From Octopus bimaculoides (Eukaryota), in the NCBI RefSeq assembly GCF_001194135.2, contig NC_068985.1, forward strand, positions 120,417,278-120,481,277: a stretch of DNA of 64,000 nucleotides, written 5' to 3'. Made by a program: the position numbers and the translations under genes. Of this stretch, positions 36,145 to 50,620 are shown piece after piece; positions within the stretch are counted from its first letter, which is position 1; every line of letters starts with the position of its first letter. The notes beneath the pieces were generated by a model. The model was not told where the DNA came from. It worked only from the letters and a program-made list of their open reading frames with translations, and did no database searches.

Positions 36145-38874
36145 TATGAGTCATTGCAGTATGCATGGTCACGATTCATAACTATTGGTGTTGGAAATTA
36201 TTGATATTACATGGAAGTACTAGCTGCTACAAGACCTGGGGTAGACTATAGCTTAATGATGCAGTAAGGTTCTGACTGTTCTAAGAAGATTCGATAGGTC
36301 TTCTTTCATCGAAAACTGGATAATTAAAAAATTTCCTCATTTTCATTAGGAAATATGTTATTCACGACACAGTTACATTTAGCATTATCCCTAATGCATT
36401 ATCAGTTCAGTAGTAAGTGCAACATTATGGCTTTCTTGAACTACCAGAAATAGCAACCAAATGGACAAATTTCACTGAAACTGCAACTTCAGCAACTTCA
36501 AAAACGGAAGTCATATTATATATGATGTAGTCTAAGACAGTATGGTCACCGCTGGAATATCTTTGTTTATATATGTTTGATCAAGTTTGACCTAGTACAA
36601 GCAACAAAAATACAAAAGGGAGAATGCTACAATAAGAAATACAAGCAAGCAACAAAGAAAAGGGTGAGATAGGGAAGAGTGAAGCACCTAACGTCTGTAT
36701 TTCATATAAGGTTTCTGAAGGAAAAGAAGGACATAAACAACAGTAGTCAAAAGAGCATCCCAGAGTTGCCAAATTGGTAGTGTCGTTAGAGTCTCACGAC
36801 GAAAGCTTAGCGATATTTGTTCCAACGTTTCACATGTTGGGTTCAAATCCTGCTAATATTAATTTTGATTTTATCTACTGGCGACTGTAAAATCCAGAGC
36901 GGTGGATTGGCGAACATTGCACCAGTACTTTATTGTCTGGGTTCAAATCATTGCATATTGAGTAGTAGACTTAATCCACCGTACAGTTTGAAAACTACTC
37001 ACCAGCAGACTGCGTGAATTTAGCAGTGTCCAAGATTTTGAAAGGATTCAAAACCGACCTCCTATTTGAAAATATAATCTTCACTCGAATTCACCACTTT
37101 CGAAGACGCTGTAATACTTCTGAGATGTGATTTGCTTCTGGTAAAAAAATATATACTTATATATATAAGTACCAATAGATATTTATTCGCTCTACCTCCA
37201 AATATAGCATCTAAGACCTAGCAGTAACATTTTGCTTGACAGACGAGTTTTAATGAAATCGAAACATTCATAGAATTGTCTCTTCACTAATGGAAGGGCA
37301 GAATTACTCCTCATTGAATTTCTCCACTCAATTCTAATTTATTTTTTAAATTTAAATTTTGAAGGTGCATCCTTTGACAATCACAGTCAGAACTACTTAT
37401 AAGTTTACGATTGAGGTTTCTCACTACCGCTGTATTTTGAAATAATTAATCTTTTTATCATTTACCATGTTAAGCACGCTAACAGTTACTTAACTACCTT
37501 ATCACAGTGCATTAGTGTTCTGTATGTTTACTATGCAAACAAAAAATACTTATTACTTTCTAGGATTCTTATTAAAATTATGATATATTTGAAACGCCAT
37601 TTTTATTTTTATCTATTTTTTTCGTCCGAATGGAAACTAAAATTGAGCATATAACAAAAGTTGTGCAAAATTCTTTGTAATTCCGTTTTGTAATTGCATT
37701 TCCCCCCGTCAGTTTTGTGTAAGCATTCGTACAATTTAAACTAATATTTATGCAATTTCATCGTTGATGTATTTGACAGATATATATATATATANNNNNN
37801 NNNNNNNNNNNNNNNNNNNNNNNNNNNNNNNNNNNNNNNNNNNNNNNNNNNNNNNNNNNNNNNNNNNNNNNNNNNNNNNNNNNNNNNNNNNNNNNNNNNN
37901 NNNNNNNNNNNNNNNNNNNNNNNNNNNNNNNNNNNNNNNNNNNNNNNNNNNNNNNNNNNNNNNNNNNNNNNNNNNNNNNNNNNNNNNNNNNNNNNNNNNN
38001 NNNNNNNNNNNNNNNNNNNNNNNNNNNNNNNNNNNNNNNNNNNNNNNNNNNNNNNNNNNNNNNNNNNNNNNNNNNNNNNNNNNNNNNNNNNNNNNNNNNN
38101 NNNNNNNNNNNNNNNNNNNNNNNNNNNNNNNNNNNNNNNNNNNNNNNNNNNNNNNNNNNNNNNNNNNNNNNNNNNNNNNNNNNNNNNNNNNNNNNNNNNN
38201 NNNNNNNNNNNNNNNNNNNNNNNNNNNNNNNNNNNNNNNNNNNNNNNNNNNNNNNNNNNNNNNNNNNNNNNNNNNNNNNNNNNNNNNNNNNNNNNNNNNN
38301 NNNNNNNNNNNNNNNNNNNNNNNNNNNNNNNNNNNNNNNNNNNNNNNNNNNNNNNNNNNNNNNNNNNNNNNNNNNNNNNNNNNNNNNNNNNNNNNNNNNN
38401 NNNNNNNNNNNNNNNNNNNNNNNATATATATTCATGTCTATCTACTTATACACGAATGTATAGGTTTTATATGTACAAAATTTATTATCAACCACAATCT
38501 TATAAGTGTGTAGGCGTGCGGATGTTTGCCTATCTGTGTGTGTGTTTTTGTTAATGTATTTGTATGTGTGTGTGTTTGTGTGAGTCTGTGTGTATGTGCA
38601 TGTGTGTGTGTGTGTGTGTGTGTGTGTATACAATACATGCGCACACTCACAGCAAGCATTATAGACGAGTATATTTAAAAACAGATTTCTAGACATTTTG
38701 CATACTTGCACATAACCACGCTGCAGCGCATTCCTATATATTCACTTAAAATCAACATGAGAAACACATGTATATTGATAAACTAATAAGCTGGTATATA
38801 TATACATATGTATGTTTGTATGTATGTATGTACGTATGTATATATGTGTATATATTTGTGTGTGTATATTTTTG

Positions 38875-39082
38875 CATCTGTGTTTGTCCCCCCTCCACTG
38901 CTTGACAACCGGTGCTGGTGTGTTTATACCCCCGTAAGAAAGCGGTTCGGGAAAAGAGACCGATAGAATAAGTGCAAAATTTAGAAAAAATAAGTCCTGG
39001 GGTCGATTACTTTGACTGAAACCTTTTAACGCGGAGCTCCAGCATGGCCGCAGACAAATGCCTAAAACAAGTAAAAGAGAAT
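38875..39082 (+). mobile_element. family-2 SINE, 3' half
   Basis: CTTGACAACCGGTGCTGG...GCGGTTCGG...AATAAGTCCTGGGGTCGAT...CCAGCATGGCCGCAG. Confidence 0.85.
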
Positions 39083-39994
39083 GTATATCTATGTATATAT
39101 ATATATATANNNNNNNNNNNNNNNNNNNNNNNNNNNNNNNNNNNNNNNNNNNNNNNNNNNNNNNNNNNNNNNNNNNNNNNNNNNNNNNNNNNNNNNNNNN
39201 NNNNNNNNNNNNNNNNNNNNNNNNNNNNNNNNNNNNNNNNNNNNNNNNNNNNNNNNNNNNNNNNNNNNNNNNNNNNNNNNNNNNNNNNNNNNNNNNNNNN
39301 NNNNNNNNNNNNNNNNNNNNNNNNNNNNNNNNNNNNNNNNNNNNNNNNNNNNNNNNNNNNNNNNNNNNNNNNNNNNNNNNNNNNNNNNNNNNNNNNNNNN
39401 NNNNNNNNNNNNNNNNNNNNNNNNNNNNNNNNNNNNNNNNNNNNNNNNNNNNNNNNNNNNNNNNNNNNNNNNNNNNNNNNNNNNNNNNNNNNNNNNNNNN
39501 NNNNNNNNNNNNNNNNNNNNNNNNNNNNNNNNNNNNNNNNNNNNNNNNNNNNNNNNNNNNNNNNNNNNNNNNNNNNNNNNNNNNNNNNNNNNNNNNNNNN
39601 NNNNNNNNNNNNNNNNNNNNNNNNNNNNNNNNNNNNNNNNNNNNNNNNNNNNNNNNNNNNNNNNNNNNNNNNNNNNNNNNNNNNNNNNNNNNNNNNNNNN
39701 NNNNNNNNNNNNNNNNNNNNNNNNNNNNNNNNNNNNNNNNNNNNNNNNNNNNNNNNNNNNNNNNNNNNNNNNNNNNNNNNNNNNNNNNNNNNNNNNNNNN
39801 NNNNNNNNNNNNNNNNNNNNNNNNNNNNNNNNNNNNNNNNNNNNNNNNNNNNNNNNNNNNNNNNNNNNNNNNNNNNNNNNNNNNNNNNNNNNNNNNNNNN
39901 NNNNNNNNNNNNNNNNNNNNNNNNNNNNNNNNNNNNNNNNNNNNNNNNNNNNNNNNNNNNNNNNNNNNNNNNNNNNNNNNNNNNNNNNNNNNNN

Positions 39995-40046
<52 letters not shown>

Positions 40047-40287
40047 TACATTCAATGCATATATATATATATATACGTGTATGTATGTGTGTATATTCAT
40101 ACATATTACGTATATATATATACACCCATATGTAAATACGTACATGCATACGTACATACATAACAGGGTATTTATGTAATATACATAAAGTTTTAAAAAT
40201 CAATATTTCATTATATATTTCATATAAAATGTGGTGAGGCATTAAAATCGGTAGTGAAGTGTAAATATGTTCAACATCCATTCATAC

Positions 40288-40294
40288 AATAATG

Positions 40295-40382
<88 letters not shown>

Positions 40383-40460
40383 CAATAATAATAATAATAA
40401 CAATAATAATAATAAGAAGAAGAAGAAGAAGAATAACAAGAGCAATAATAATAACAATAA
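40288..40460. repeat. (TAA)n/(GAA)n microsatellite
   Basis: Directly visible. Confidence 0.95.
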
Positions 40461-41839
40461 TAAAACTTAAAGAACACACAATAAAAAACATTAATATAGC
40501 AAGCTTTGACATCGTCAGATATTCCGAAATACCGATTTTCCTTTCCTCTTTTATTATAATAATACTCTTGTTTCTTTCTCTTACGGTTTTGGCGAATTGC
40601 GTCTTGCAAAATTGACACACTCTCTTGTATTGGATATTCTTTAAATTTTAAAATATAGCGACTGAGTCTAAATAAAATTAATTTTACCATTTACGTGTTT
40701 TATTTTGTTTCATTTTATTTTATTGTATTATATTTTGTATCATATCTTATGTATTTATTACTTAAATTATTAATTGTCATGATTTCCGAAAACATTGACG
40801 AGCCTCGAACGAAACATATTGTACAGTGTGTAGGTTCCATGATTCCTCTGCAAGCATCCGTGGTCGATATAATCTTTCATATTTCTGAGGTTTATAACAT
40901 TAAATAGCAACCATACACAGTTTCCGTAGAAAATACCTATAATCCGATGACTAGCATATTCGTTCATAAAACTTTCGGGCAGATTTGAACGTACATATGT
41001 TATATCCGTTACATTAGAGCAGTTCCTCTTTTATTACGACGACTGTGTTCATAACATCCTGGTTTCGTTAGTACAAGGGATTCTGGAAAACCCATGATTC
41101 AACGCATTGTGTCTCAGAAGCCAGAAATACTCGGACTAATAGATCTAAGAAGAGCTGATGATCTTTCTATCGGTTGGCAGATATCAGCAAGAAGCATCGG
41201 ACAAACTATTCGCTGAAATTATTTACAAGACAATTGGTTCTTGTCAGACTCGTTTCTCACATTATCATATGACCTTTCCACATAACTCATCTCTGTTAAT
41301 ATGAATACAACATTAATTCTACAGTGACGTTATGAGTGTTTTTGAAAGTAGTTCATCGTGGGGCGAATAGGCGGCGAATATCTACTGTATAATAAAATGT
41401 CAAGGACGGTTGACATACTAACGACAGCAGCTATATTCTCATGAAACCAAATCTTACAAAAAAGGAATATTGGCGTAATGTAACCCTACTTTAGAATATG
41501 AACATTAATAAGAATGAATGTAAACACTGCATGCTTTTGTTTTTCTTGATGGTATATTGCATTCTCCCAAAATATTATAAAAGACAAATATAACTGAGAA
41601 TTAGGAAAGTAAACTAATAGTAAGGGACTCTCCCGTCGAAGACAACAAGTGTGTGTTCAGTTTTTGTCAACGACCTGCGCAAACGAATTGTTGATAGTGA
41701 TCAAATGTATGTGCGGTTCATTAGTTCACTCACACTATTTGATCGACATTGCCAGAACAGATACACGCTGTACAATGCGTCAGGGTTTGAAGTGATCACA
41801 AAATACCGTGGAGCCACTGCTGAAACACACGAAGAAGGC

Positions 41840-42716
41840 CGGCGTCATAAAAAAATTGTAACTAAAGAAAAAGCATGGAAGGAAAAGAAAATGTATGGTC
41901 AGTTTGCAAGAGATGTGAACGCCAAGACAGATGCAGAAAACTAGTGGTTATGGATGAAGAGGGGTGACCTGAAGATAGAGACAGAAGACCTCATATGCGC
42001 AGTTCAGGAACAAGCGTTAAGGACCAGTTATATGAGGTGCAGAATAGACAACACTATCATAGCGACAAATGCAGAATGTGTGGTGAGAGGAGTGAAACGG
42101 TATGGTACATCATTAGTGAATACCCGAAATTAGCACAACGCGAATACAAAAGACGCCATGCGAATGGGGCAAGAATGATCCATTGGGAAATCACGGCCCA
42201 CAATGAGTAAAGGCGTAGTATCAACAAACCCCAGAACAAGTCACCAAAAATGTGAATTGCAAAGTCCTGTGGGATGCAATGATCCAGTGCGATCACTTGA
42301 CCAGGCATCGGAAACCGGACATTGTTGTGGTAAATAAAACACAAAAAACATGTATGATAATCGACATAGCATGCCCCGATGACAACAGGATCAATGTGAA
42401 AGAAGAAGAAAAAGTAAACAATTATGACGATTTGAAGTGGGAAATACGAAGGTTGTGGTCAAAGAGAGTAGATGGGATAGCAATAGTAATTGGCGCACTT
42501 GGAAGCATCAGCACTCAACTAAAAAGCATGGCTGACAAATATCAGTACAAATGTCAAGATAGAACACCTACAAGAATCAACATTGCTAGGAACTGCAAGA
42601 ATTCTTCGCAGGGTTCTTGAAGCATGACCAGTAAACAAGTGTCACCTTAGTCTGCTGGCTGTGGACAGGTGACACTTTCCATCATACTTAGCTATATACG
42701 CTGCGAGTTTTAATAC

Positions 42717-42792
<76 letters not shown>
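41840..42792 (+). mobile_element. R4/Dong-like LINE 3' fragment (zinc finger plus restriction-like endonuclease) with (TAA)n tail
   Basis: Peptides MYGQF, ETEDLICAVQEQALRT, CRMCGERSETVWYII, KVLWD, RKPDIVV...IIDIACP and IVIGALG, then a 3' UTR and (TAA)n at 42718-42792. Confidence 0.9.
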
Positions 42793-42793
<1 letters not shown>

Positions 42794-42799
42794 TATTAT

Positions 42800-43035
42800 G
42801 TAAATAATATAAGTAAATATCAGTAAATATAAAGACTTGCTAATACAAATTCAAAAAATGTGGCACCTGAAGGCGACTACCGTACCAGTGATTGTAAGAT
42901 CTCTATGAATGATAAAAAAAAAGGTACTGAAACCTATTTGAAAATGATACCAGGCTTACCATCCCTACAGGAAGTGCAAAAAAACGTGTTAACTGGAACG
43001 ACTCATGTTTCTGAGTAGAGCATTATCGCTGTGAA
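42800..43035 (+). mobile_element. short R4/Dong-like LINE 3' fragment
   Basis: SKYKDLLIQIQKMWHLKATTVPVIV...LQEVQK. Starts just after a (TAA)n run. Confidence 0.75.
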
Positions 43036-43188
43036 AACAACATCCATTCATGATTTTTTTTTTTTTAAATACATATTTTACCTGTGAATTTGCGTGTGTA
43101 AACTGGGAATGCATACAACGAGGTGTACGGAAAACACTCGGCGAGAAATGGAAGAAAATTTGAAGAAAGAAGAAAAAAAAACAACAAC

Positions 43189-43249
<61 letters not shown>

Positions 43250-43251
<2 letters not shown>

Positions 43252-44020
43252 GCGGTTCTGTGGATTTTTTTCATACCCTGATATGTTTTCTTCTGTTCTA
43301 ATGCTGTGTTAACATCTAATAAGTCATCTTCCCCGCTTCTTCTTCTTGGTACAAGCAGTCTGTCTGTGTCACTTTTTGGGTGGAGTGTCCCATATCTAGT
43401 TAGCAACTTCCTTGTTTTTGTCTAAGCTGTTTAATTCGTAAAAGATTGCAAAGATATAACACTGTACAAGAAACTGAAAACGAATGAAACTGTAACTAGG
43501 TGGGTAAAGAAAAGAATGCATGGTCAATTTCATAGGGATGTTGAAGACAGAGAAAAAAGATGGCTGTGGATGACTAAAAGTGATTTAAAACCGGAAACAG
43601 AGGCTCTAATCTGTGCTGCCCAAGAGCAAGCACTAAGAACAAATTACATAAAATATAGAATAGAGAACACATCAGAAAGTGATAAACGCAGAATCTGTGG
43701 ATAAAATTGTGAAACCGTATGGCATATTACTAGCCAATGTATGCCACTAGTCCAGAAGGAATACAAGACACGGCACGACAATATAGCCAAGCTTGTCCAT
43801 TGGACACTTTCCAACAAGTATGTATTTGACAGCGCAAAAAATTGGTACGACAACAAACCCGAAGGCATCATCAAAAATAACAATGCAAAGATCCTGTGGG
43901 ATTTTATGATTCAGTGCGACCATGAGATAGAGAATAGGAAACCAGACATAGACTTAATTGAGAAAGAAAACAAACCCTGCTGGATCATAGATATAGTATG
44001 CCCAGCTGACAACAAGGTAT
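43250..44020 (+). mobile_element. R4/Dong-like LINE fragment with an inverted 5' segment (43250-43433 on the minus strand)
   Basis: Minus strand: KLLTRYGTLHPKSDTDRL. Plus strand: MHGQF...ETEALICAAQEQALRT...RHDNIAK...KILWDF...RKPDI...IIDIVCP. Confidence 0.88.
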
Positions 44021-44447
44021 GTCTCATTTTCTTTTCTTTTGCTCCTGCGATGGTGAAGGGATTGTAAAATCAAGGGAAAATTGCTTTCACGTGCGCTACT
44101 GTTCTTGTTCTTCTTGTTGCCGTTGCTGCTAAATCAGTCCTTGTCTTTCATGACTTGGTTGGTCTCTTTTCTTGATGACCGGCTGATCCTTTCAGCGAAC
44201 GGACAATTCTCATTCGTCGTCAGTATTTTTTTTTTTTTTTTCGCAAAATACGGAGAGTCGTCTTAACCAAAACAAACACCAAAATAGTCTATAAGGACTA
44301 TAGAAAGAGAAGGACTATCCAGCCCCCCAAAGACCTGGTTACTTTAGCTAAGTAATGGTAAGAAATATATAATGTATAACAATGTGTAACAATATGAATA
44401 ACATCAGAACTTACGGAGCGATGAGCGACAAATGTCGATAGATGAAT

Positions 44448-44660
44448 AATATATTCTAATATATGCACAAGACCTGAAGTTTGGTGGGGGGGGAAGTCGA
44501 TTAGATCGACCCCAGTACACTACTGGTACTAAATTTATCGACCCGAAAGGATGAAAGGCAAAGTCAACCACGGTGGAATTTGAACTCACAGCCCAGCAAC
44601 GGACGAAATGCCGCTAAACACTTTGCCTGGCGTGCCAATGACCCTGCCAGTTTGCCGTCT
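44448..44660 (-). mobile_element. family-1 SINE, tail type 2, with head; further fragment at 44793-44920
   Basis: Reverse complement of GGCAAACTGGCAG...GAGTTCAAATTCC...GGGTCGATAAATTTAGTACCAG...GGTCTTGTGC. Confidence 0.85.
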
Positions 44661-44680
44661 CAATATCATTATTATTATTA

Positions 44681-44741
<61 letters not shown>

Positions 44742-45429
44742 CATTAATAATAATATAATAATAATGATGATGATGATGATGATGATGATAATAATAATGA
44801 TTTCAAATTTTGGCACAGGGCTTAACAATCCTAGGGGATGGATTAAGTCGATTACATCGACCCTAGTGTTCAACTGGTACTTATTTCATCGACGATGAAA
44901 GATGAAAGGCAAAGTTGACCAACAATAATAGTGATGATGATGATGATGATGTTGATAGCTCCTGGCTAAATAACATCATAGACGTACACCTGAAGCTCTT
45001 TCCACAAAACGAAATTAACCCAACAGCAATTAATTACGTATGCATCCAACTGTTTATGAATATGTGTACACATTTTAATATTTATAAATATGTTTACCCG
45101 ACAAAACACGCACATACACACAACACGCATTAAAAGCGAATCATTAAACAAGACCAAAACAATTTCTCATGAACGAACACAAAAAAGAGCAAATAATCAC
45201 TGAGTTAAAACACCACTAAATAGTTATGCACGGAAATGTACCTACCCACAGACGAATTTCTAGAATCCTCATACAATTACGATACGAGGAACACATCCGT
45301 TCTATTAATTCGGAAACAGTCATCTGTCAAAAAGTCAACGCTCTACAGACAAACTAATGTCAATGTCATTTTTGTAATGACAAGCCAAAACTCATGCCCA
45401 ATCGGTCATCACCCGAGACAACAAGGGCT

Positions 45430-46110
45430 GTGTTTTTGCTGAAAAGAAATGGGAAAATGCTGTGCAGGCCAAGCAAAAACCCATTAATAGCTGAGAAGTT
45501 CAGGATTGAAAACAGAGACTCAAGGTTTCATACTGGTTGCGAAAGATCAAAAATTCTTTACCAGAAATTACCAGGCTAATATTCTTCAAAATGGTGTTGA
45601 CCCAAAATGCAGATTCTGCTAGTCTTTCGATAAAGCAATAAACCATCTCGTTTCAGGCTGTCCTGTACTAACACCAAACGATGGAGTAAGACTATTTACA
45701 CTGGGAAATATGTGAGCACTACAAAATTGACACTCTTTGTGACTAGTATAAACACCATTCTAAACCAGTGGTCGAAGGTGTAATGTTCACCATCTCCTGG
45801 GGTTTTCCAGTCAACACTGCCAAAAGAATCGAGGCTTAACGACTAGAGATAATTATCAAAGACAAGAAATAGATGTGTCTCCACTGATCAAAATATATTT
45901 GTAAAGGTTTTTGACATGCTTAGTAAATATAAGGACATGAAAACTTAAATACAAAAGACGTGGTATTTTAAAGCAAAAACTGTTTCTGATATCGCAGGTG
46001 CCATGGGCATGAAAAATAAAGGGATATCAGAAACATCTAGAAAACATTCCAGGAGAAACATATCTCAATGGAATCCCAGATATTGTGCTGCCAACTAGCG
46101 TCCACTTGGC
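45430..46110 (+). mobile_element. decayed R4/Dong-like LINE 3' fragment
   Basis: [12 protein letters not shown]...[18 protein letters not shown]...HLVSGCPVL...SKYKD. Confidence 0.85.
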
Positions 46111-46325
46111 AACACAATCTAATTTAGTAACCTCGCCTGAAATTTTAAGGGAAGGGAGTCAATCGATTACACAAACCTTAATCCCTAGCTAGTATTCTAA
46201 TCATTCCAGCCCTGGGAGTCTAGGCATTTTATCTAATGTTCAGCGAAGACATGGGTGTATTTCTCCTTTAACAATGTCTTGTTTTCCTGCTACATGTATG
46301 TATGTATTTATGTATCTATGTAACT

Positions 46326-46327
46326 AT

Positions 46328-46383
<56 letters not shown>

Positions 46384-47114
46384 TTATCTCCCTCTCTCTC
46401 TCTCTCTCTCTCTCTCNNNNNNNNNNNNNNNNNNNNNNNNNNNNNNNNNNNNNNNNNNNNNNNNNNNNNNNNNNNNNNNNNNNNNNNNNNNNNNNNNNNN
46501 NNNNNNNNNNNNNNNNNNNNNNNNNNNNNNNNNNNNNNNNNNNNNNNNNNNNNNNNNNNNNNNNNNNNNNNNNNNNNNNNNNNNNNNNNNNNNNNNNNNN
46601 NNNNNNNNNNNNNNNNNNNNNNNNNNNNNNNNNNNNNNNNNNNNNNNNNNNNNNNNNNNNNNNNNNNNNNNNNNNNNNNNNNNNNNNNNNNNNNNNNNNN
46701 NNNNNNNNNNNNNNNNNNNNNNNNNNNNNNNNNNNNNNNNNNNNNNNNNNNNNNNNNNNNNNNNNNNNNNNNNNNNNNNNNNNNNNNNNNNNNNNNNNNN
46801 NNNNNNNNNNNNNNNNNNNNNNNNNNNNNNNNNNNNNNNNNNNNNNNNNNNNNNNNNNNNNNNNNNNNNNNNNNNNNNNNNNNNNNNNNNNNNNNNNNNN
46901 NNNNNNNNNNNNNNNNNNNNNNNNNNNNNNNNNNNNNNNNNNNNNNNNNNNNNNNNNNNNNNNNNNNNNNNNNNNNNNNNNNNNNNNNNNNNNNNNNNNN
47001 NNNNNNNNNNNNNNNNNNNNNNNNNNNNNNNNNNNNNNNNNNNNNNNNNNNNNNNNNNNNNNNNNNNNNNNNNNNNNNNNNNNNNNNNNNNNNNNNNNNN
47101 NNNNNNNNNNNNNN

Positions 47115-47175
<61 letters not shown>
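46326..47175. repeat. (TCTA)n/(TC)n and (TAGA)n microsatellites flanking a gap
   Basis: Directly visible. Confidence 0.9.
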
Positions 47176-47176
<1 letters not shown>

Positions 47177-47214
47177 TGTAGCTGAACATTTTTATATAAT
47201 ATTCATAATAATTA

Positions 47215-47590
47215 TCCTTTCTACTATAAGCACAAGGCCTGAAAAATTGAAGTGCAGGAGAGAAGTCAACATGATGGAATTTGAACTAGGAACGTAAAAA
47301 TCGGGGAAAAAAAACTTCCGCTAATTATATTGTCTGGCGCAGTAACGATCTCGTCAGCTCACCGTTTTAAATATAATTCGTTCTAATTTTCACAAAAGTC
47401 AAGCCATTGTAAGGGGAGGGGTTAGTGAATTGCATCAACTCCAGTGCTTAACGGTTACTGCTTTCATCGACCCGAAAGGAAATATAGCAAAGAAGATATA
47501 GGCTGCAATTGAACTCAGAACGTTATCTGCCGGCATAAATACTGCTAAGCATTTTGTGTCGTGTTGCAACTGGTCTGCGAGATCACTGCT
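47215..47590 (-). mobile_element. two degenerate family-1 SINE remnants (tail type 2)
   Basis: TTTCTACTATAAGCACAAGGCCTGAAA and ATCGACCCGAAAGGA...GAACTCAGAACG. Confidence 0.65.
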
Positions 47591-49079
47591 CTCATGATGA
47601 AAGAAACAACAGTAATAAATATGATATATTTAAGAAGAAATTCTTAAGTGATGTACATTAAAAAATTGGTTATTTAATTGATCACGTTATTTGAACTTTA
47701 TATAGTACAAGTTGCAAGTAACTGAAAAAAACTTGGTTTTAATCGTTATTTGTTGACCTTTCAGTTGCTGGTGATGTTACTAATTACTTTAAAATATAAT
47801 TATATTTAATCTTGTCATCCTCAAATTAATTAGGCCAATACCTAATTATTTTATGGAATTACAAAGAAGTTTAACGGGATTTTCTTCTTTTGTCGCATCC
47901 TGCAAGTATATTGGATAATTAGAAAAGTCATCACTTAAAGTCCGCGAAATATCATTTTGTTCTAATGCGTTCTTGCAGTTTACATCTGCGAGTTATGCGG
48001 TCAATCGGGCTGCAAGAAACAGCAGCTACACATTCCTCACATAGCTTCCTAAAATTACAAAACAATGGTAGAAGAGATACAGTGTTGCCCTAATACTCCT
48101 AGATAGACAAGTTTGACTTTAAATGAATATGTTCGATCGTAGTTTGTTAGGTTATGATTGAATTTTAGTAAAGCAACAGTTTAATTTCTGGTTAAAGGGT
48201 AGAGCTGGAATACGTTTGGTAGAGTTGTTGGGCCAAGGCTACCAACTCTAAACAGCAACACCACAATCAAACTCTGATCAAATACATTTCGTTAGGAAAC
48301 TGGAATTATCTTCCGTAGAGGTAGGCACAGTACTGGCTTATTCACAGTCGCCAGGAATGAGAGCTAGTGGTGGCCTAAACGGTCGATGGACATGCAAGAG
48401 ATAGCAACGAAATATACATCAAGTTACATTTTACTGTTAATGTTTCTGCTTACTCCTAGAGATACGCAAGAAAACGTACGAGGGTAAGAGAGACTTGTAA
48501 TCACAATGGAAATTAGATGTAATTACAATCAACTACTTTTCAATGGTGCACCCCCAGACTTAATAAGCATTATTTATAAAGTAAAAATAAAAACTTCGTC
48601 AAATATTTTGTTTGAAAATCTTGACTTCCAAATATATAACTTCTTATCAAAATATACATGGTCTGTTTTACAGTATTCATAAAGTAATATCCACTATTGT
48701 CTCTGTTTCATAGTAACCAAGCGTTTTAAACTACATTCTTCGCAAGGGGTACACGAACACCGCCAAATATGATGAACAGACACGTTAAAAGAAAAATGTT
48801 TCATAAACTTTGACCTAACGACTTGACTAAAGGAAGACAATATGTAAATGCATGGCTGGATACGATTAAATAGGCAAGATGCCCTTGGCAGGAGGCTTTT
48901 GATGGTAGATTTACTCGATGAGTGCTGTGCTGGAATTAACAATAGCAATAATACAAACAACAACAACGATAAAAAAATTGACTACTTGGCTCTGAACAAG
49001 GAGTGAACGTTCTGCCAAGGGGAAAACACCCTCACAACACACTGTTATCTCAAATGTATCTGCACTGCCAAAATATGTG

Positions 49080-50060
49080 CCTTGAAAAGTCAGCTACAGA
49101 CCACGTCTACATGCTATGGTGAGGTGGAAGCGGGATGATTCAACCTGAACTCTTTTATGAAAATTCGACAATAGATCTGCAGAAGTACGTAAACAGGACC
49201 AACGATTGGATGATGGTATTAATGATGGAACGTAAGTCCCAGAACTTCCACTCTATAAACAAAGACGTTGAGAATTATAGAGCAGAGTTACACATTGCAA
49301 AAATTAAAAAAAACTCTTCTAACGAAGATGATCTAATCCTAACAAAGAAAGCCAAAATGCATAGGATTTAAAAACACAGCAAAATAAGTGGTTGTAGAAA
49401 TATCTCATGATCAATATCCACTATGCGTCCATTGGTAGCTGCAGAGTTCAGGGTTGAAGGCAGAATAGAGGGATTTACTCTTGCTGCAAATGACCTGAAT
49501 TAGCAAGCTAACATCCTCAAGAACAGAGCAGGTCCCAAGTGTCTGTGATGCCCATGACAAAACAATTCACAGTATAGTATCTAGATGCGTAACCCAGGCG
49601 CCAATCGAATATTAAGCTAGACACGATAGACTTGGCCAATACATACTTCAACCAATTCTGTCTTCCAGTCAATAATCTAAAAAATAACCTTGTTACTGAA
49701 CAAACGAGAAGCTGGTATGAACTCCATTTGAAATCAGCAGTTGAAAGGAACGACATTACCATCCTTTGGGATTTTATAAGATACACCAATCAAAAAATGA
49801 ATGCTAACCGCCCAGATATTATTATGAAACACATCAAAAACAAGGCCCACTTTCTTAAAGATATGGTAATACCATCTGACAAAAATGTACATACAAAGGA
49901 ATACAATAAAACAATCGAGTATAAACACCTAAAAATTGAAATAATGGGGATGTGGCACCATTAATAGGCCCATTAAGGGTCACAAGAAACAATGGTCTCC
50001 TTGAAAAAATCACGGGGAAATTTCGTATATATTGACTCACACACAACATAAGTCTTTGTC
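49080..50060 (+). mobile_element. decayed R4/Dong-like LINE 3' fragment
   Basis: KSATDHVY...GGSGMIQPEL, IEGFTLAA, QANILKN, ITILWDF...ANRPDIIMK...DMVIPSDKN...YKHLKIEI. Confidence 0.85.
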
Positions 50061-50509
50061 ATTCTAATTTATATTTCCTAAACCTTTGTTTCTGACTTTT
50101 TTTTTTTTTTTGCTTTTTAACCAAGAAAGACAACCGAGGAAGAAGGAAAGCTGTGCTGAACAATAACAACTTTGTATAATACCTGTCGTATGACTGGTAC
50201 GAGGTCAGTTATTTTCAAGGGAGGGGATTAGACATCAACCTAGTCATTTGACAGTTGTATAATCTCTAAACCCAGAGGAATGAAAAGGCAAATTTGAACC
50301 CGGTAGCAATTGAACCAAGATTGCAGAGAGATGTAAACAAAATAGCACAAGGTATTCTGTATAATGGTAGACTTATATGTGATTTTATTTCTTTCTTGAC
50401 CTGAAATTGCAGGTTTTGTTTTGCTTGCTATATGTACACACACACACAAACAAACAAACACTTATACACATACACGCGCGCGCGCGCATATATATTATTT
50501 ATATTATTA

Positions 50510-50533
50510 CACACACACTCACACACACACACG

Positions 50534-50618
<85 letters not shown>

Positions 50619-50620
50619 TC
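50510..50620. repeat. (CA)n/(TA)n microsatellite
   Basis: Directly visible. Confidence 0.95.
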
